A stretch of 64,000 bases of DNA from an uncultured Gemmatimonadales bacterium (GTDB lineage: Bacteria > Gemmatimonadota > Gemmatimonadetes > Gemmatimonadales > GWC2-71-9): NCBI GenBank assembly GCA_963779755.1, contig CAVZZO010000001.1, positions 1,312,001-1,376,000 of the forward strand. The letters are read 5' to 3'. Of this stretch, positions 52,148 through 62,100 are shown in pieces. Position 1 is the first letter of the stretch. Each line of letters starts with the position of its first letter. The notes below the pieces were generated by a model. The model searched no databases. It was not told where the DNA came from and saw only the letters and a list, made by a program, of their open reading frames with translations. The position numbers and the translations under genes are program-made.

Positions 52148-53218
52148 CTACCGATACAGCGAATCCACCCGTCCCCTGATCAACTCCACCACCCGATCCG
52201 GCAGCGGCGCGTAGTGCAGATCCGCCGCCATCTGCTGCGCCTCCGGGGTGACCATCCACTTCAGGAAGTCTTTGAGTGTCCTGGCCTTGGCTGGATCGTC
52301 CATCTGAGGCCGGACCAGAAGCCAGGTGAAGGAGGAGATCGGGTAGGCCTGGGGGCCGGGGGCGTCGGTGATGCTCACCCGGAAATCGGTATTGGGCGGG
52401 AACGCCGCGCTGGCCGCCGCATTGCTGACCGTTTCCAGGCTGGGCGTGATGTAGTTCCCGGCGCTGTTCTTGAGGTCGGCGTACGGCAGGTTGTTGGAGA
52501 TGGCGTAGATCAGCTCGACATAGCCGATGGACCCTTCGGTCTGCTTCACCTGCTGGGTGACGCCCTCGTTGCCCTTGCCGCCCAGGCCCACCGGCCAGTT
52601 GACGGAGGTGGCGTTGCCCACCTGGCTCTTCCAGTCGGTCGACACCTTGCTCAGGTAGTCGGTAAAAATGTAGCTCGTGCCCGATCCGTCGGAGCGGTGG
52701 ACCACGATGAGATCCTTGTCCGGCAGGGTGACGCCCGGGTTGAGGGCCGCGATCCGCCGGTCGTTCCACTTGGTGATCTTGCCCAGGTAGATGCCGGCGA
52801 TGGTGACGCCATCCAGCTTGAGCTTCGTCTGGCCCAGCGCGGGAACGTTCCAGGTCATGACCACTGCGCCCAGGACCGTCGGAAGGTGCAGGACCCGGCC
52901 GTTGACCGCGGCGATCTGCTCATCGGTCATGGGGCCGTCGGAGGCGCCGAAATCCACCGTACCATCGGTATACTGGCGGATGCCGGCCCCGGAGCCGACC
53001 GACTGGTAGTTGATCTCGGCGCCGGTCTTCTGGTGGTAGGCGTCGAACCACTTCTGGTAGATGGGGTTGGGGAAGCTGGCCCCCGCGCCGGTGAGGGAGA
53101 TGCCGGTGTTGACGGGGGCCTGGGCCGCGGTATCCCCCGGCGCCGCCTTTTCCTTGCCGCCGCAGGCCGCAACGGCCGCCAGGAGCGCCAGGGGAGCGAG
53201 TCGCTTGACGAAGGGCAT
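52148..53218 (-). CDS. pstS: Phosphate-binding protein PstS (lipoprotein form)
   Basis: VAAC lipobox; GAGASFP; YQSVGSGAG; HRSDGSGT; YPISSFTW. Confidence 0.95.
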   Translation of the reverse strand: MPFVKRLAPLALLAAVAACGGKEKAAPGDTAAQAPVNTGISLTGAGASFPNPIYQKWFDAYHQKTGAEINYQSVGSGAGIRQYTDGTVDFGASDGPMTDEQIAAVNGRVLHLPTVLGAVVMTWNVPALGQTKLKLDGVTIAGIYLGKITKWNDRRIAALNPGVTLPDKDLIVVHRSDGSGTSYIFTDYLSKVSTDWKSQVGNATSVNWPVGLGGKGNEGVTQQVKQTEGSIGYVELIYAISNNLPYADLKNSAGNYITPSLETVSNAAASAAFPPNTDFRVSITDAPGPQAYPISSFTWLLVRPQMDDPAKARTLKDFLKWMVTPEAQQMAADLHYAPLPDRVVELIRGRVDSLYR

Positions 53219-53310
53219 GATGGACTCCGGTAAGAGTGCATGTAAGAAAGGACAGCGGCCGGCACCCGCAAGGGCACCGGCCGCCCACCTTGAAGCTGTC
53301 CTGCGACGAC

Positions 53311-54363
53311 TCACCGCATGCTGAGCAGCTTGCCGTCGCCCTTCAGGGTGGAGAGTCTGGCCTTGATCAGTGCCACCACCGGCGCCGGCAGGGGGGCGTA
53401 GTGCAGTTCCTTCGCCATGGCGGCCGCGTCGGGCGTGACCATCCACTCGAGGAAATTCTTCATCGCCTGGGCCTTGGTGCGATCCTGCATGTCGGGCCGG
53501 ACCAGGAGCCAGGTGAAGGAGGAGATGGGATAGGCCGTCTTGCCAGGCGCGTTGGTGATGCTGACCCGGAAGTCGGTGTCCTTGCCGAACTTCGCCCTGG
53601 CCGCGGCATCGCTTACCGTCTCCAGGCTGGGGGTGACCCAGGTCCCGGCGGCGCTCTTGACGTCGGCGTAGGGCAGGTCATTGGAGATGGCGTAGATCAG
53701 CTCGACATACCCGATGGCACCCTCGGTCTGCTTCACCTGCTGGGTCACTCCCTCGTTCCCCTTGCCGCCCAGACCCACGGGCCAGTTGACCGAGGTGGCG
53801 TTGCCGACCTGTCCCTTCCACCCTGACGACACCTTGCTCAGGTAGTCGGTGAAGATGTAGGTCGTTCCCGACCCGTCGGAGCGGTGGACCACGATGATGT
53901 CCTGGTCGGGCAGCTTGACGCCCGGGTTGAGCGCCGCGATCCGCTGGTCGTTCCACTTGGTGATCTTGCCCAGATAGATGTCGGCGATGGTGGCGCCGTC
54001 GAACTTGAGCCGGGTGCTTCCCAGGGCCGGCACGTTCCAGGTCATCACCACCGCGCCCATCACGGTCGGGAGGTGCAGGACCTTGCCGTTCACCGCGGCG
54101 ATCTGCGCATCGGTCATCGGGCCGTCGGAGGCGCCGAAGTCCACGGTACCCTCGGTGTACTGCCGGATGCCCGCGCCGGAGCCGACCGACTGGTAGTTGA
54201 TCTGGACGCCGGTCCTCTTGTGGTACGCGTCGAACCACTTCTGGTAGATCGGGTTGGGGAAGCTGGCCCCCGCGCCGGTCAGCGACTGCGCCGCCAGCGG
54301 GGCTGCCGCGGCCGCCGCCACCAGGACTGCCAGGGTCGCGCGCTGCAGGAAGGTGCTTCGCAT
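53311..54363 (-). CDS. pstS: Phosphate-binding protein PstS (signal-peptidase-I form)
   Basis: Signal peptide ending PLAA-Q with no Cys; same PstS motifs; GGAGG RBS. Confidence 0.95.
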   Translation of the reverse strand: MRSTFLQRATLAVLVAAAAAAPLAAQSLTGAGASFPNPIYQKWFDAYHKRTGVQINYQSVGSGAGIRQYTEGTVDFGASDGPMTDAQIAAVNGKVLHLPTVMGAVVMTWNVPALGSTRLKFDGATIADIYLGKITKWNDQRIAALNPGVKLPDQDIIVVHRSDGSGTTYIFTDYLSKVSSGWKGQVGNATSVNWPVGLGGKGNEGVTQQVKQTEGAIGYVELIYAISNDLPYADVKSAAGTWVTPSLETVSDAAARAKFGKDTDFRVSITNAPGKTAYPISSFTWLLVRPDMQDRTKAQAMKNFLEWMVTPDAAAMAKELHYAPLPAPVVALIKARLSTLKGDGKLLSMR

Positions 54364-54424
54364 CGTCGTCGTTCCTCCAGGATTGTTACGGGATGACCCG
54401 CCGGGCCGCTCACCGCCCCTAAGC

Positions 54425-54475
54425 AAACCGGGGGCAGTCACGTGCCGCCCCCGGTTTCGCTACGGTTGCGTAACG
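54425..54475 (-). promoter_or_regulatory. Hairpin after the porin gene, overlapping Pho-box-like repeats upstream of pstS
   Basis: AAACCGGGGGC...GCCCCCGGTTT stem; sense CGTTAC, CGTAGC, CGTGAC at 11 and 22 bp spacing. Confidence 0.55.
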
Positions 54476-54489
54476 CGGCCAGGGGCGGC

Positions 54490-55533
54490 TCAGAAGCTGT
54501 ATTCCACCTGGAACAGGCCGAGCGTGCTGACGGCGGTGTATTTGGAGGGGTCGGTGCCGGCGCCCTGCTGGCGCACATGGTCGATATCGGCCAGGACCCG
54601 CAGGTACTTGTTCACCGCATACGAGGCGCCGCCGATGATCTCCATCTTCTTGTCGTTGATCGCCGCCGCATCCGTGTTGGGGTTGATCAGGTCCACCCGG
54701 CCGATGAAGGCGACCTTGGAGCGGGGGACGTTGAACACGCCGAAGGCGCTGATGACCAGGCCCTTCATTTCGGCGGTGGCGGCGGTGGTGGAACTGTCCT
54801 TGGTGGCGGCCACTTCGCCGGCCAGCGTCAGCATGGTGGACTTGTAGGACAGCTGGCCCAGGAAGCGCTGCCGCGCGCCGCCGCCGGTCGGCTTGCCGTA
54901 GAGGGCGAAGCCGGTGAGGCGCAGGCCTCCGACCCGGTTGCCCACGTCGGTCGGCATCAGGCGGACGCTGACGCGTGCTTCTACGTCCTTGCGCTGGTCG
55001 CCGGCGCCACCGCTGTAGCCTTCGCCGTTGTAGACCCCGACCTGCATGTTTACCAGTTCGCTCTTCCAGGCGCCGTCAATGCCGGCGCCGAAGTCGGCCG
55101 AGGTGAGATAGTGATTCCGGTCCATGGCGATCGGGCCCTGCATCCGGTAGTCCCATAACGCTTCCGCCCAGTCCACAAACGGGGTGTGGATCAGGCCGAA
55201 CTTGTACGCCAGGTTGCTGCCCTCCGGCTTGAGCTGCACGTAGGCATACTTGAGCCGGTAGGAGTAGGAGTTGTCTCCCGATGGATGGTAGATATCCGCG
55301 GTGACCCGGCCGGAGACCCCGTCGCCGAAGCTGCCCTTGACGTTCAGGTAGGCCCGGGTGACGTCGAAGCTGTTCGGGTGAGCGTTAAGGGTATCGCCGG
55401 TGTTCTTCAGCTGATAGCCGTACTGCCCGTATACCACGCCGCTGACCGATACCGGCGACTGCGCCGCGGCGGTGGCCACCGCGGCCGCTGCCAGCGCCAG
55501 GACCGCAAGCTGCGCACGGAGAAGAGATCGCAT
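54490..55533 (-). CDS. Outer-membrane porin (putative phosphate-selective)
   Basis: Signal peptide; FDVTRAYL; RLKYAYV; GVYNGEG; C-terminal FQVEYSF; inside the pst cluster. Confidence 0.8.
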   Translation of the reverse strand: MRSLLRAQLAVLALAAAAVATAAAQSPVSVSGVVYGQYGYQLKNTGDTLNAHPNSFDVTRAYLNVKGSFGDGVSGRVTADIYHPSGDNSYSYRLKYAYVQLKPEGSNLAYKFGLIHTPFVDWAEALWDYRMQGPIAMDRNHYLTSADFGAGIDGAWKSELVNMQVGVYNGEGYSGGAGDQRKDVEARVSVRLMPTDVGNRVGGLRLTGFALYGKPTGGGARQRFLGQLSYKSTMLTLAGEVAATKDSSTTAATAEMKGLVISAFGVFNVPRSKVAFIGRVDLINPNTDAAAINDKKMEIIGGASYAVNKYLRVLADIDHVRQQGAGTDPSKYTAVSTLGLFQVEYSF

Positions 55534-55612
55534 GGACTCCTCGCATCTGGGTGGTGTGGCGCCCCCCGCGCCACCTGGGTTGCCGTTGGGCGTGCTTAAA
55601 GACGCCTGCCGG

Positions 55613-55652
55613 TGTCACGGGGGGCCGGGGGGTCGGTAACAGTCGGGTAAAT
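55613..55652 (-). promoter_or_regulatory. Pho-box-like repeats upstream of the porin gene
   Basis: Sense ATTTAC, TGTTAC, CGTGAC at 11 and 22 bp spacing. Confidence 0.5.
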
Positions 55653-55658
55653 GACCGT

Positions 55659-55712
55659 GGTCGAGGGGGTCGAGATTTCGAATGGCGCCGGACCTCGACC
55701 CTCTCGACTCCC
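55659..55712. repeat. Inverted 9-mer repeat hairpin of the TCGA family
   Basis: GGTCGAGGGGGTCGAG ... CTCGACCCTCTCGACT. Confidence 0.75.
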
Positions 55713-55720
55713 TTGGCGAG

Positions 55721-56095
55721 TTATCGCCCGCTGTCAATCCCGGCATCAAAAGGGTCCTGGAAGAGCGTCTCGTCACCCGCCCGGTATTCCAGCAGCGGAT
55801 GCAGACGGAGCATGCGGCATACGTCGCCGGGCAGCCCCAGCAGCTCGACCCGGGTCCCCAGCCCCTGTTCCGTCTCGGCGCAGAGCAGCCAGAAGAGGGC
55901 GGCACCCACCGGGTCCACCCCGCTGATGCCGGAGCAGTCGATGCGGAGGATGCGGGGCGCGAGCGGCACCCGCTGGAGGGACTGCCGGAGGGACTCGACC
56001 CCGCCGGCGCTGATAGGGCCCTGGAAGGGCAGCAGAATCGTCTCGGGCCGGGGAAGAGTCACCGGCGGTGAAGCCAGAGGTTGAGTCGTGGTCAT
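55721..56095 (-). CDS. STAS-domain-like protein
   Basis: LPFQGPISAGGVESLR...LRIDCSGISGVDPVGAALF pattern; ATG 56095. Confidence 0.65.
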   Translation of the reverse strand: MTTTQPLASPPVTLPRPETILLPFQGPISAGGVESLRQSLQRVPLAPRILRIDCSGISGVDPVGAALFWLLCAETEQGLGTRVELLGLPGDVCRMLRLHPLLEYRAGDETLFQDPFDAGIDSGR

Positions 56096-56100
56096 GCTGG

Positions 56101-56155
56101 ATGATGGCGAGCCGCCCGCACAACCGGGTGACGGTGCCGTAACGCTCCGGCGACA
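56101..56155 (-). promoter_or_regulatory. Pho-box-like repeats upstream of the STAS gene
   Basis: Sense TGTCGC, CGTTAC, CGTCAC at exact 11-bp period; CATCAT 20 bp downstream, same spacing as at pstC. Confidence 0.6.
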
Positions 56156-56228
56156 TGGTGATAGACGGCGAAAGCCGAAGCCGGGAGCTGTCCTGTGCTT
56201 CTTTCGACCTTTGACCTTTGACCCCTGC

Positions 56229-57932
56229 CTAGGCGCCGGGGAACCAGCAGGTGATCGTGGTCCCCACCCCCACCTCGCTCTCCGCACCCACCCGCCCGCC
56301 ATGCGCCTCCACCAGGTGCTTCACGATGGCGAGTCCCAGGCCGGTGCCGCCCTGCTCCCGCGAGCGGCTGCTGTCGGCCCGGTAAAACCGCTCGAAGATG
56401 CGGGGCAGGTGGTCGCGGGGGATGCCTGCGCCGCTATCGGACACCGACAGCGCCGTGCCCCCGTCTTCAGGGGCGACGGTAACGGCGATGCGGCCACCCG
56501 ACGGGGTATGACGCGCCGCATTCTCCAGCAGGTTGGTCAGCACCTGGCGCAGCGCATCGGGGTCGGAGTGGACGGGCCCGCCCTCTGCGGGCTCGACCAC
56601 GAACTCGATCCGCCGGGTGCGCTTGCGGTTTTCCAGCGCGGCCCAGGTTTCCCGGGCGATCGCACCCGCGTCCTGCGGGGCCGGATGGGGCTGCCAGCGG
56701 CCCGACTCGATCCGGGACAGATCGAGGAGGCTGTCCACCAGCCGCTGCATCCGGCGCGCGTTGGCGAGGATGACGCCCAGGAACTGGCGCGCAGTGTCGT
56801 CCGGAGGCCGGTCGGTGAGCAGGGTCTCGGTGTAGCCGCTGATGGACGTGAGCGGCGTCTTCAGTTCGTGCGAGACATTGGCCACGAAGTCGCGGCGGAC
56901 CGCCTCCAGCCGGCGCATCTCGCTCAGATCGAACAGCACCAGCACCACGCCCCCCTGGGGCAGGGGCCGCGCGTTGAGGAGCAGGGTGCGGCCGTCGAGC
57001 TCCAGCTCCCGGCCCACGACCGCCGTGCCCGCCAGCCCCTGATCGACCACTTCGCGCGCGGCCTTGATGCGGAACAGCTGGGGCAGGTCGGGCAGGGGAA
57101 CGTCGGGTTCGTATCCCAGCATCCGCCGGGCGGCGCCGTTGGCGGTGATGATGCGGCCCCGGGCGTCGGCGGCCACCACGCCCTCCACCATGGAATCGAT
57201 CAGGGTCGCCATCTCGGCCTGCTCCCGCCGCAGCTGCTCGAACCGCTCGCTCAGCTGGGTGGTCATCTGCCGCAGCGCCTGGACCAGGCCGTCGATGTCG
57301 GAGATGCCGGAGCGGGGGAAGCGGGGCACGTTGCCGGCGGCGATGGCCCGGGCCGCGCCGGCAATGCCGGTGAGCGGCCGGGCGATGGACTGCCCCGCGA
57401 TCCAGGCCAGCGCGATGCCCAGCAGCAGTGCCAGAATGCCGGCGGTCAGCACCGAGCGCTGGGCGCCGCGCACCGTCCGGTTCACCAGCCCCAGGCCGGC
57501 CGCCACCCGGATGACGCCGGGGCCTCCCGGAACGGCCACATAGAGAAGCGGCTCGCCCACCGTGACGCTCACCCGTTCGGCGCTGCCGGCGCCCGTATCC
57601 AGCGCGGCCTGAACCTCGGGCCGGCGCAGGTGGTTCTCGACTGAGGCCAGCTGTTCCGGCGGGATATCGCTGTCGGTGCGGACGCGCCCGGTGCGGTCGA
57701 TCAGGGTGATGCGGTTGCCGCTGGCCCGGGCCAGCCGCTGGATGGTGGCCTGCCACAGCAGCGAGTCGGCCGGGAGCTCGGCCCGGACCAGCCGGGCCTC
57801 CCGGCCCAGCAGCTCGGCATAGCCCTGCTCCAGCTCGGTGCGCAGCGAGAGCTCGGAGGTGGCGACCAGCACCAGGACGGTGATCGCTACGACCATCACC
57901 GTGCCCAGGACCAGCCGGCTGGCGAATCTCAC
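56229..57932 (-). CDS. phoR: Sensor histidine kinase PhoR-like (TM, HAMP, PAS, HisKA, HATPase)
   Basis: RRDFVANVSHELKTPLT; NLLENA; RIFERFYR; GTGLGLAIVKH. Confidence 0.9.
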   Translation of the reverse strand: MRFASRLVLGTVMVVAITVLVLVATSELSLRTELEQGYAELLGREARLVRAELPADSLLWQATIQRLARASGNRITLIDRTGRVRTDSDIPPEQLASVENHLRRPEVQAALDTGAGSAERVSVTVGEPLLYVAVPGGPGVIRVAAGLGLVNRTVRGAQRSVLTAGILALLLGIALAWIAGQSIARPLTGIAGAARAIAAGNVPRFPRSGISDIDGLVQALRQMTTQLSERFEQLRREQAEMATLIDSMVEGVVAADARGRIITANGAARRMLGYEPDVPLPDLPQLFRIKAAREVVDQGLAGTAVVGRELELDGRTLLLNARPLPQGGVVLVLFDLSEMRRLEAVRRDFVANVSHELKTPLTSISGYTETLLTDRPPDDTARQFLGVILANARRMQRLVDSLLDLSRIESGRWQPHPAPQDAGAIARETWAALENRKRTRRIEFVVEPAEGGPVHSDPDALRQVLTNLLENAARHTPSGGRIAVTVAPEDGGTALSVSDSGAGIPRDHLPRIFERFYRADSSRSREQGGTGLGLAIVKHLVEAHGGRVGAESEVGVGTTITCWFPGA

Positions 57933-58636
57933 CGCGTTCGGCCCTGGTGGTCGTTCCCCCGGAACCGGTAGCCGAAGCCCCGGACCGTTTCGATCAGGTT
58001 GGAGGCCGGGCCCAGCTTGGTCCGGAGCCGCTGCACGTGCATGTCCACGGTACGGGTCTGGATGTCCGGCTGGGCCTCCCAGACGGTTTCCAGCAGCTGG
58101 GGCCGCGTCTGCACCCGTCCGCGGCGCTCCAGCAGGGTAAGCAGCAGCTTGTATTCGGTGGCCGTGAGGTCGAGCGCCTGGCCGTTGACCGTCACCCGGT
58201 GGGAGGAGCGGTCGATGGCCACCTGCCCCGCCACCAGGGTGCTGCCGGCGGTGACCGCCGGCGAGCTGAGGCGCCGCAGCAGCGCGTTCACCCGCAGCGT
58301 CAGCTCCTGCGGCGAGAAAGGCTTGGTGAGGTAGTCGTCGGCCCCCAGCTGCAGCCCGCGAATCCGGTCGACCTCCTCCCGGCGGGCGGTGAGCAGAATG
58401 ACGCCGACTTCCCGGGTCTCCTCCCGGCGCCGCAGATCGGCCAGCACGTCGTAGCCGCTGACCCCCGGCAACATGACATCCAGAATGACGATATCGGGTC
58501 GTTCCTCCCGGGCCGCCTCCAGCGCCTCCGCGCCGGAGGCCGCGGTGGAGACGCGGAAGCCCGCCTTGGCCAGGTGATAGGCCACCAGGGCGGTGATGTC
58601 CGGCTCGTCGTCGACCACCAGAATCCGCTGGGTCAT
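57929..58636 (-). CDS. phoB: OmpR/PhoB-family response regulator
   Basis: LDVMLPG; GADDYLTKPFS; TRTVDMHVQRLRTKL; ETVRGFGY; pst context. Confidence 0.88.
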   Translation of the reverse strand: MTQRILVVDDEPDITALVAYHLAKAGFRVSTAASGAEALEAAREERPDIVILDVMLPGVSGYDVLADLRRREETREVGVILLTARREEVDRIRGLQLGADDYLTKPFSPQELTLRVNALLRRLSSPAVTAGSTLVAGQVAIDRSSHRVTVNGQALDLTATEYKLLLTLLERRGRVQTRPQLLETVWEAQPDIQTRTVDMHVQRLRTKLGPASNLIETVRGFGYRFRGNDHQGRTR

Positions 58637-58658
58637 GGCTCTCCTTGCGCGCTCCGGC

Positions 58659-59024
58659 TCATGCGGTCTCGGCATCCACCAGCCGCAGGCGCGTGTGGTT
58701 GCGGCTGCGCTCCCAGGCCCGGTGCCGTTCGCGTTTCATGATCTCGTCGTGGGCCACGGCCTCCAGCACCGCCGACAGCAGACGGCCCCGGGCATCGCCG
58801 CCCGGCCGCAGCCGGTAGAGCACGAACTGGGCGACCGGCGTGTCGCGCACCACGTCCGCACTGCGCAGTACCCTCAGATGCCGCGAGACGGTCGGCTGCG
58901 GCAGGTCCAGCACCTGTTGCAGGTCCTGCACGAAGAGCGGCGCCGCCGCCAGGCAGTTGAGGATACGGAGCCGGGTGGGCTCGGCAACCGCCAGCAGCAG
59001 GGTGGTGATCGAGGGGGCGCTCAT
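58659..59024 (-). CDS. ArsR/SmtB-family transcriptional regulator
   Basis: AEPTRLRILNCL; QPTVSRHLRVLR; VLYRL. Confidence 0.88.
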   Translation of the reverse strand: MSAPSITTLLLAVAEPTRLRILNCLAAAPLFVQDLQQVLDLPQPTVSRHLRVLRSADVVRDTPVAQFVLYRLRPGGDARGRLLSAVLEAVAHDEIMKRERHRAWERSRNHTRLRLVDAETA

Positions 59025-59123
59025 ATGCGGCTAAACGAATATCCCCGCAGCCCGTCCGCCGCAAGCCCCTCGCGCCGGGCGCTCTACTCCCCCCGGCTTC
59101 CGTCATACCGTATCTTGTTGCGC

Positions 59124-62100
59124 ATGTTCCTTCCCATACTCCTGGCCGGGCTGGTTGCGGTCCAGGCTCCCGATACCGCGCACCTGGTCGTCGTCGCCAC
59201 CACCGACGTGCACGGCTATGTCACCGACCGGGACTACTTCACCGGGCGGCCCTTCCCCGGCGGGCTGGAGCGCGCCGCCACGGTGGTCGACTCGCTGCGC
59301 CGCCGCTATCCCGGCTCGGTTGTGCTGGTGGACGCCGGCGATCTGATCCAGGGGAGCCCCTTCGCGACCTACTTCGCCCGCGAAGACCAGCGCTCGCCCG
59401 ACCCGGTGATCGATGCCATGAGCGCCATGGGCTACGACGCGGCGACCCCGGGCAACCACGAGTACAACTTCGGCATTCCCTTCATGCGCCGGGCGCTGGC
59501 CGCCGCCGCGTTCCCCTATGTCAGCGGCAACACCCGGGCGCTGCCGGCCGATACGCTCGCCTTTCCCTCCTGGGTGGTGGTGCAGCGGGCCGGTGTGCGG
59601 GTGGGGATCACCGGCTTCACCACTCCGGGCGTGGAGGTCTGGGACGGCGACAAGATCAAGGGGCTCATCCGCATCGATCGCATCGCCGCCGCCGCGCCGC
59701 GGGTGCTCCGCGGCCTGGCCGGCGAATCCGATGTGACCATTGCGCTGGTGCACAGCGGGATGGACGAGCCGTCGAGCTACGATACCGCCGGCGTGGGCCC
59801 GGAGAACGATGCGGCGGCGCTGGCCCGCCTGCCGGTGAAGCCCGATCTCGTGATCGTGGGCCACACTCACCGGGCAATGGCCGATTCGGTGCTGAACGGG
59901 GTTCACTTCGTCCAGCCGAAGAACTACGCCCAGAGCGTCTCGGTGGTCCACCTGAGCCTGGTGCGGGTGGAGGGACGCTGGAAGGTGCGGTCGGTGCATG
60001 CCGACCTGGTGCCGCTCGCCGGCGTGCCGCCCTGGCCGCCGCTGGTCCGCCGGCTGGCCGGCGCCGACCAGGAAGTCGCCCGCTGGGTGGCCCAGCCGAT
60101 CGGCCGGGCCGGCGGGCCCATGCCGGCAGCGCTGGCCCGAGCGCAGGCCACGCCCATCATCAACTTCATCAACGACGTCCAGCGCCGGCACACCGGGGCG
60201 GATCTCTCCGCCGCCTCGGCCTTCAACCTGCGTGCCGGGTTTGCGCCGGGCGACATCCGCATCGCCGACGTGGCGGCGCTGTACCCGTACGAGAACACGC
60301 TGCGGGTGGTGCGGATCACCGGCGCGCAGCTCAAGGACTATCTGGAGCAGAGCGCCCGCTACTTCAGCGTGGCCCCGGGCGGTGCCATCGGCATCAACCC
60401 CGAGATTCCGGGCTACAACTTCGACATCATCGGCGGGGCGGAGTACGCCATCGATCTGCGGCTGCCGCCGGGCAACCGCATTCGCGGGCTGTCGGTCCAC
60501 GGCCGCCCGGTGCAGCCGGACGACCGCTTCACCCTGGCGGTGAACAGCTATCGGCAGGCGGGCGGCGGCGGCTACGACATGCTGAAGGGCGCGCCGGTGG
60601 TCTACGACCGGAACGAGAACATCCGCGACCTGCTGATCGAGGCCATCCGGCAGCGCCAGTACATCCAGCCGGACAACTACGCTTCGCAGAGCTGGCGCAT
60701 CGTGCCCGAGGAAGCGGCCGACGCCGTCCGCCGGCTCTTCACCGCCCGGGCCGAGGCGCCGGTCGCGCCGCTGCCGGCGGCCGCGCCTGCCCCGGCCCGG
60801 GATACCGTGCTGCTGCGTATCGTGGCGCTCAACGACTTCCATGGGGCCCTGCTGCCGGAGGTGCGCAGCTGGAGCCAGGGACGGCCGGCCGGGGGGATTG
60901 CCGCGCTGAAGCGGGTGATGGACAGCCTCCAGGCGGATTGCGGCTGCGCCGAGCTGCGGCTCGACGCCGGCGACGAGATGCAGGGGTCGCTCGCCTCCAA
61001 CCTCACCGGGGGGCGAACCGTCATCCAGGCGTTCAACCGCCTGGGGATTCGCGCCGCCGCCATCGGCAATCACGATTTCGACTGGTCGGTGGACACGCTG
61101 CTCCAGCGCATGGCCGAATCGCGCTATGTCTGGCTCTCCGCCAATGTGGTGGATTCCGTCACTGGTGCGCGGCCCACCTGGGCCACCCCCTGGAAGGTGC
61201 TGGATACCGGCCGGCTCAAGGTGGGCGTCATCGGCTACACCACGCCGGCCACGCCGTCCATGGTGCGCGCCGGGCTGCTGCGGGGGCTGCGGTTCGATTC
61301 CGGACCCGCCGACATCGAGCAGGCCGCGCGGGAGATGGCGGCCCAGCACCCCGACCTGACCGTGCTCCTGGCGCACGCCGGCGGCTTCTGCGACTCGCTG
61401 GCCTGCCGGGGCGAGATCATCGACCTGGCCCGCTCGCTGGACAGCGGCACGGTGGACGCCATCGTGAGCGGCCACACCCATACCATCATCGACACACGGG
61501 TCCGGGGCATGCCGGTGGTGCAGGCCGGCAGCAAGGGCGGGGCGGTGGCGGTGATCGACGTGGTCAGGACCCCGGTCGGCACCACGCTGCTTCGGTCGCG
61601 GCTGGTGGATGTCTATGCCGACAGCGCCGCGCCCGACACGGCCACCGCCGCTTGGCTGGCGTCGCTCCACGCCCAGGCCGACTCGGTCGCGTCCGCGCCG
61701 GTCGCCGCCCTCAAGGTTCCGCTGGAGCACACCCGGGGCCAGAACGCGCTGGGAAACCTCATCGCCGACGCGAACCGGAATGCCGCACGGGCCGATTTCG
61801 GGCTCGTCAACAACGGCGGCATCCGGGGTGATCTGCCGGCCGGCGTGGTGACCTGGGGCGAGCTGTACGAGGTCGAGCCGTTCCAGAACGCCATCGTGCG
61901 GATGCAGCTCAGCGGCGCGGAGGTGCGCCGGCTGATGGAACAGATCGTCGCGTCCGGACGCCCGGCCTTTCATATCTCGGGGGCTCGGGTGGTCTGGGAC
62001 TCCACCCGCCCGGCGGGCCGGCGCGTGCGGGAGATCCGGCTGGTGACCGGGCGCAGACTGGACGACAGATCGGTCTATACCGTCGGCCTGGCCGATTATC

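Noticed and set aside
58593..59123. Long N-terminal extensions in the ORF track (nucleotidase, hutU, pstA, pstB, pstS, Ku and others)
   Set aside because: They overlap neighbouring genes or intergenic repeats; downstream starts with RBS or stop-start coupling fit better.
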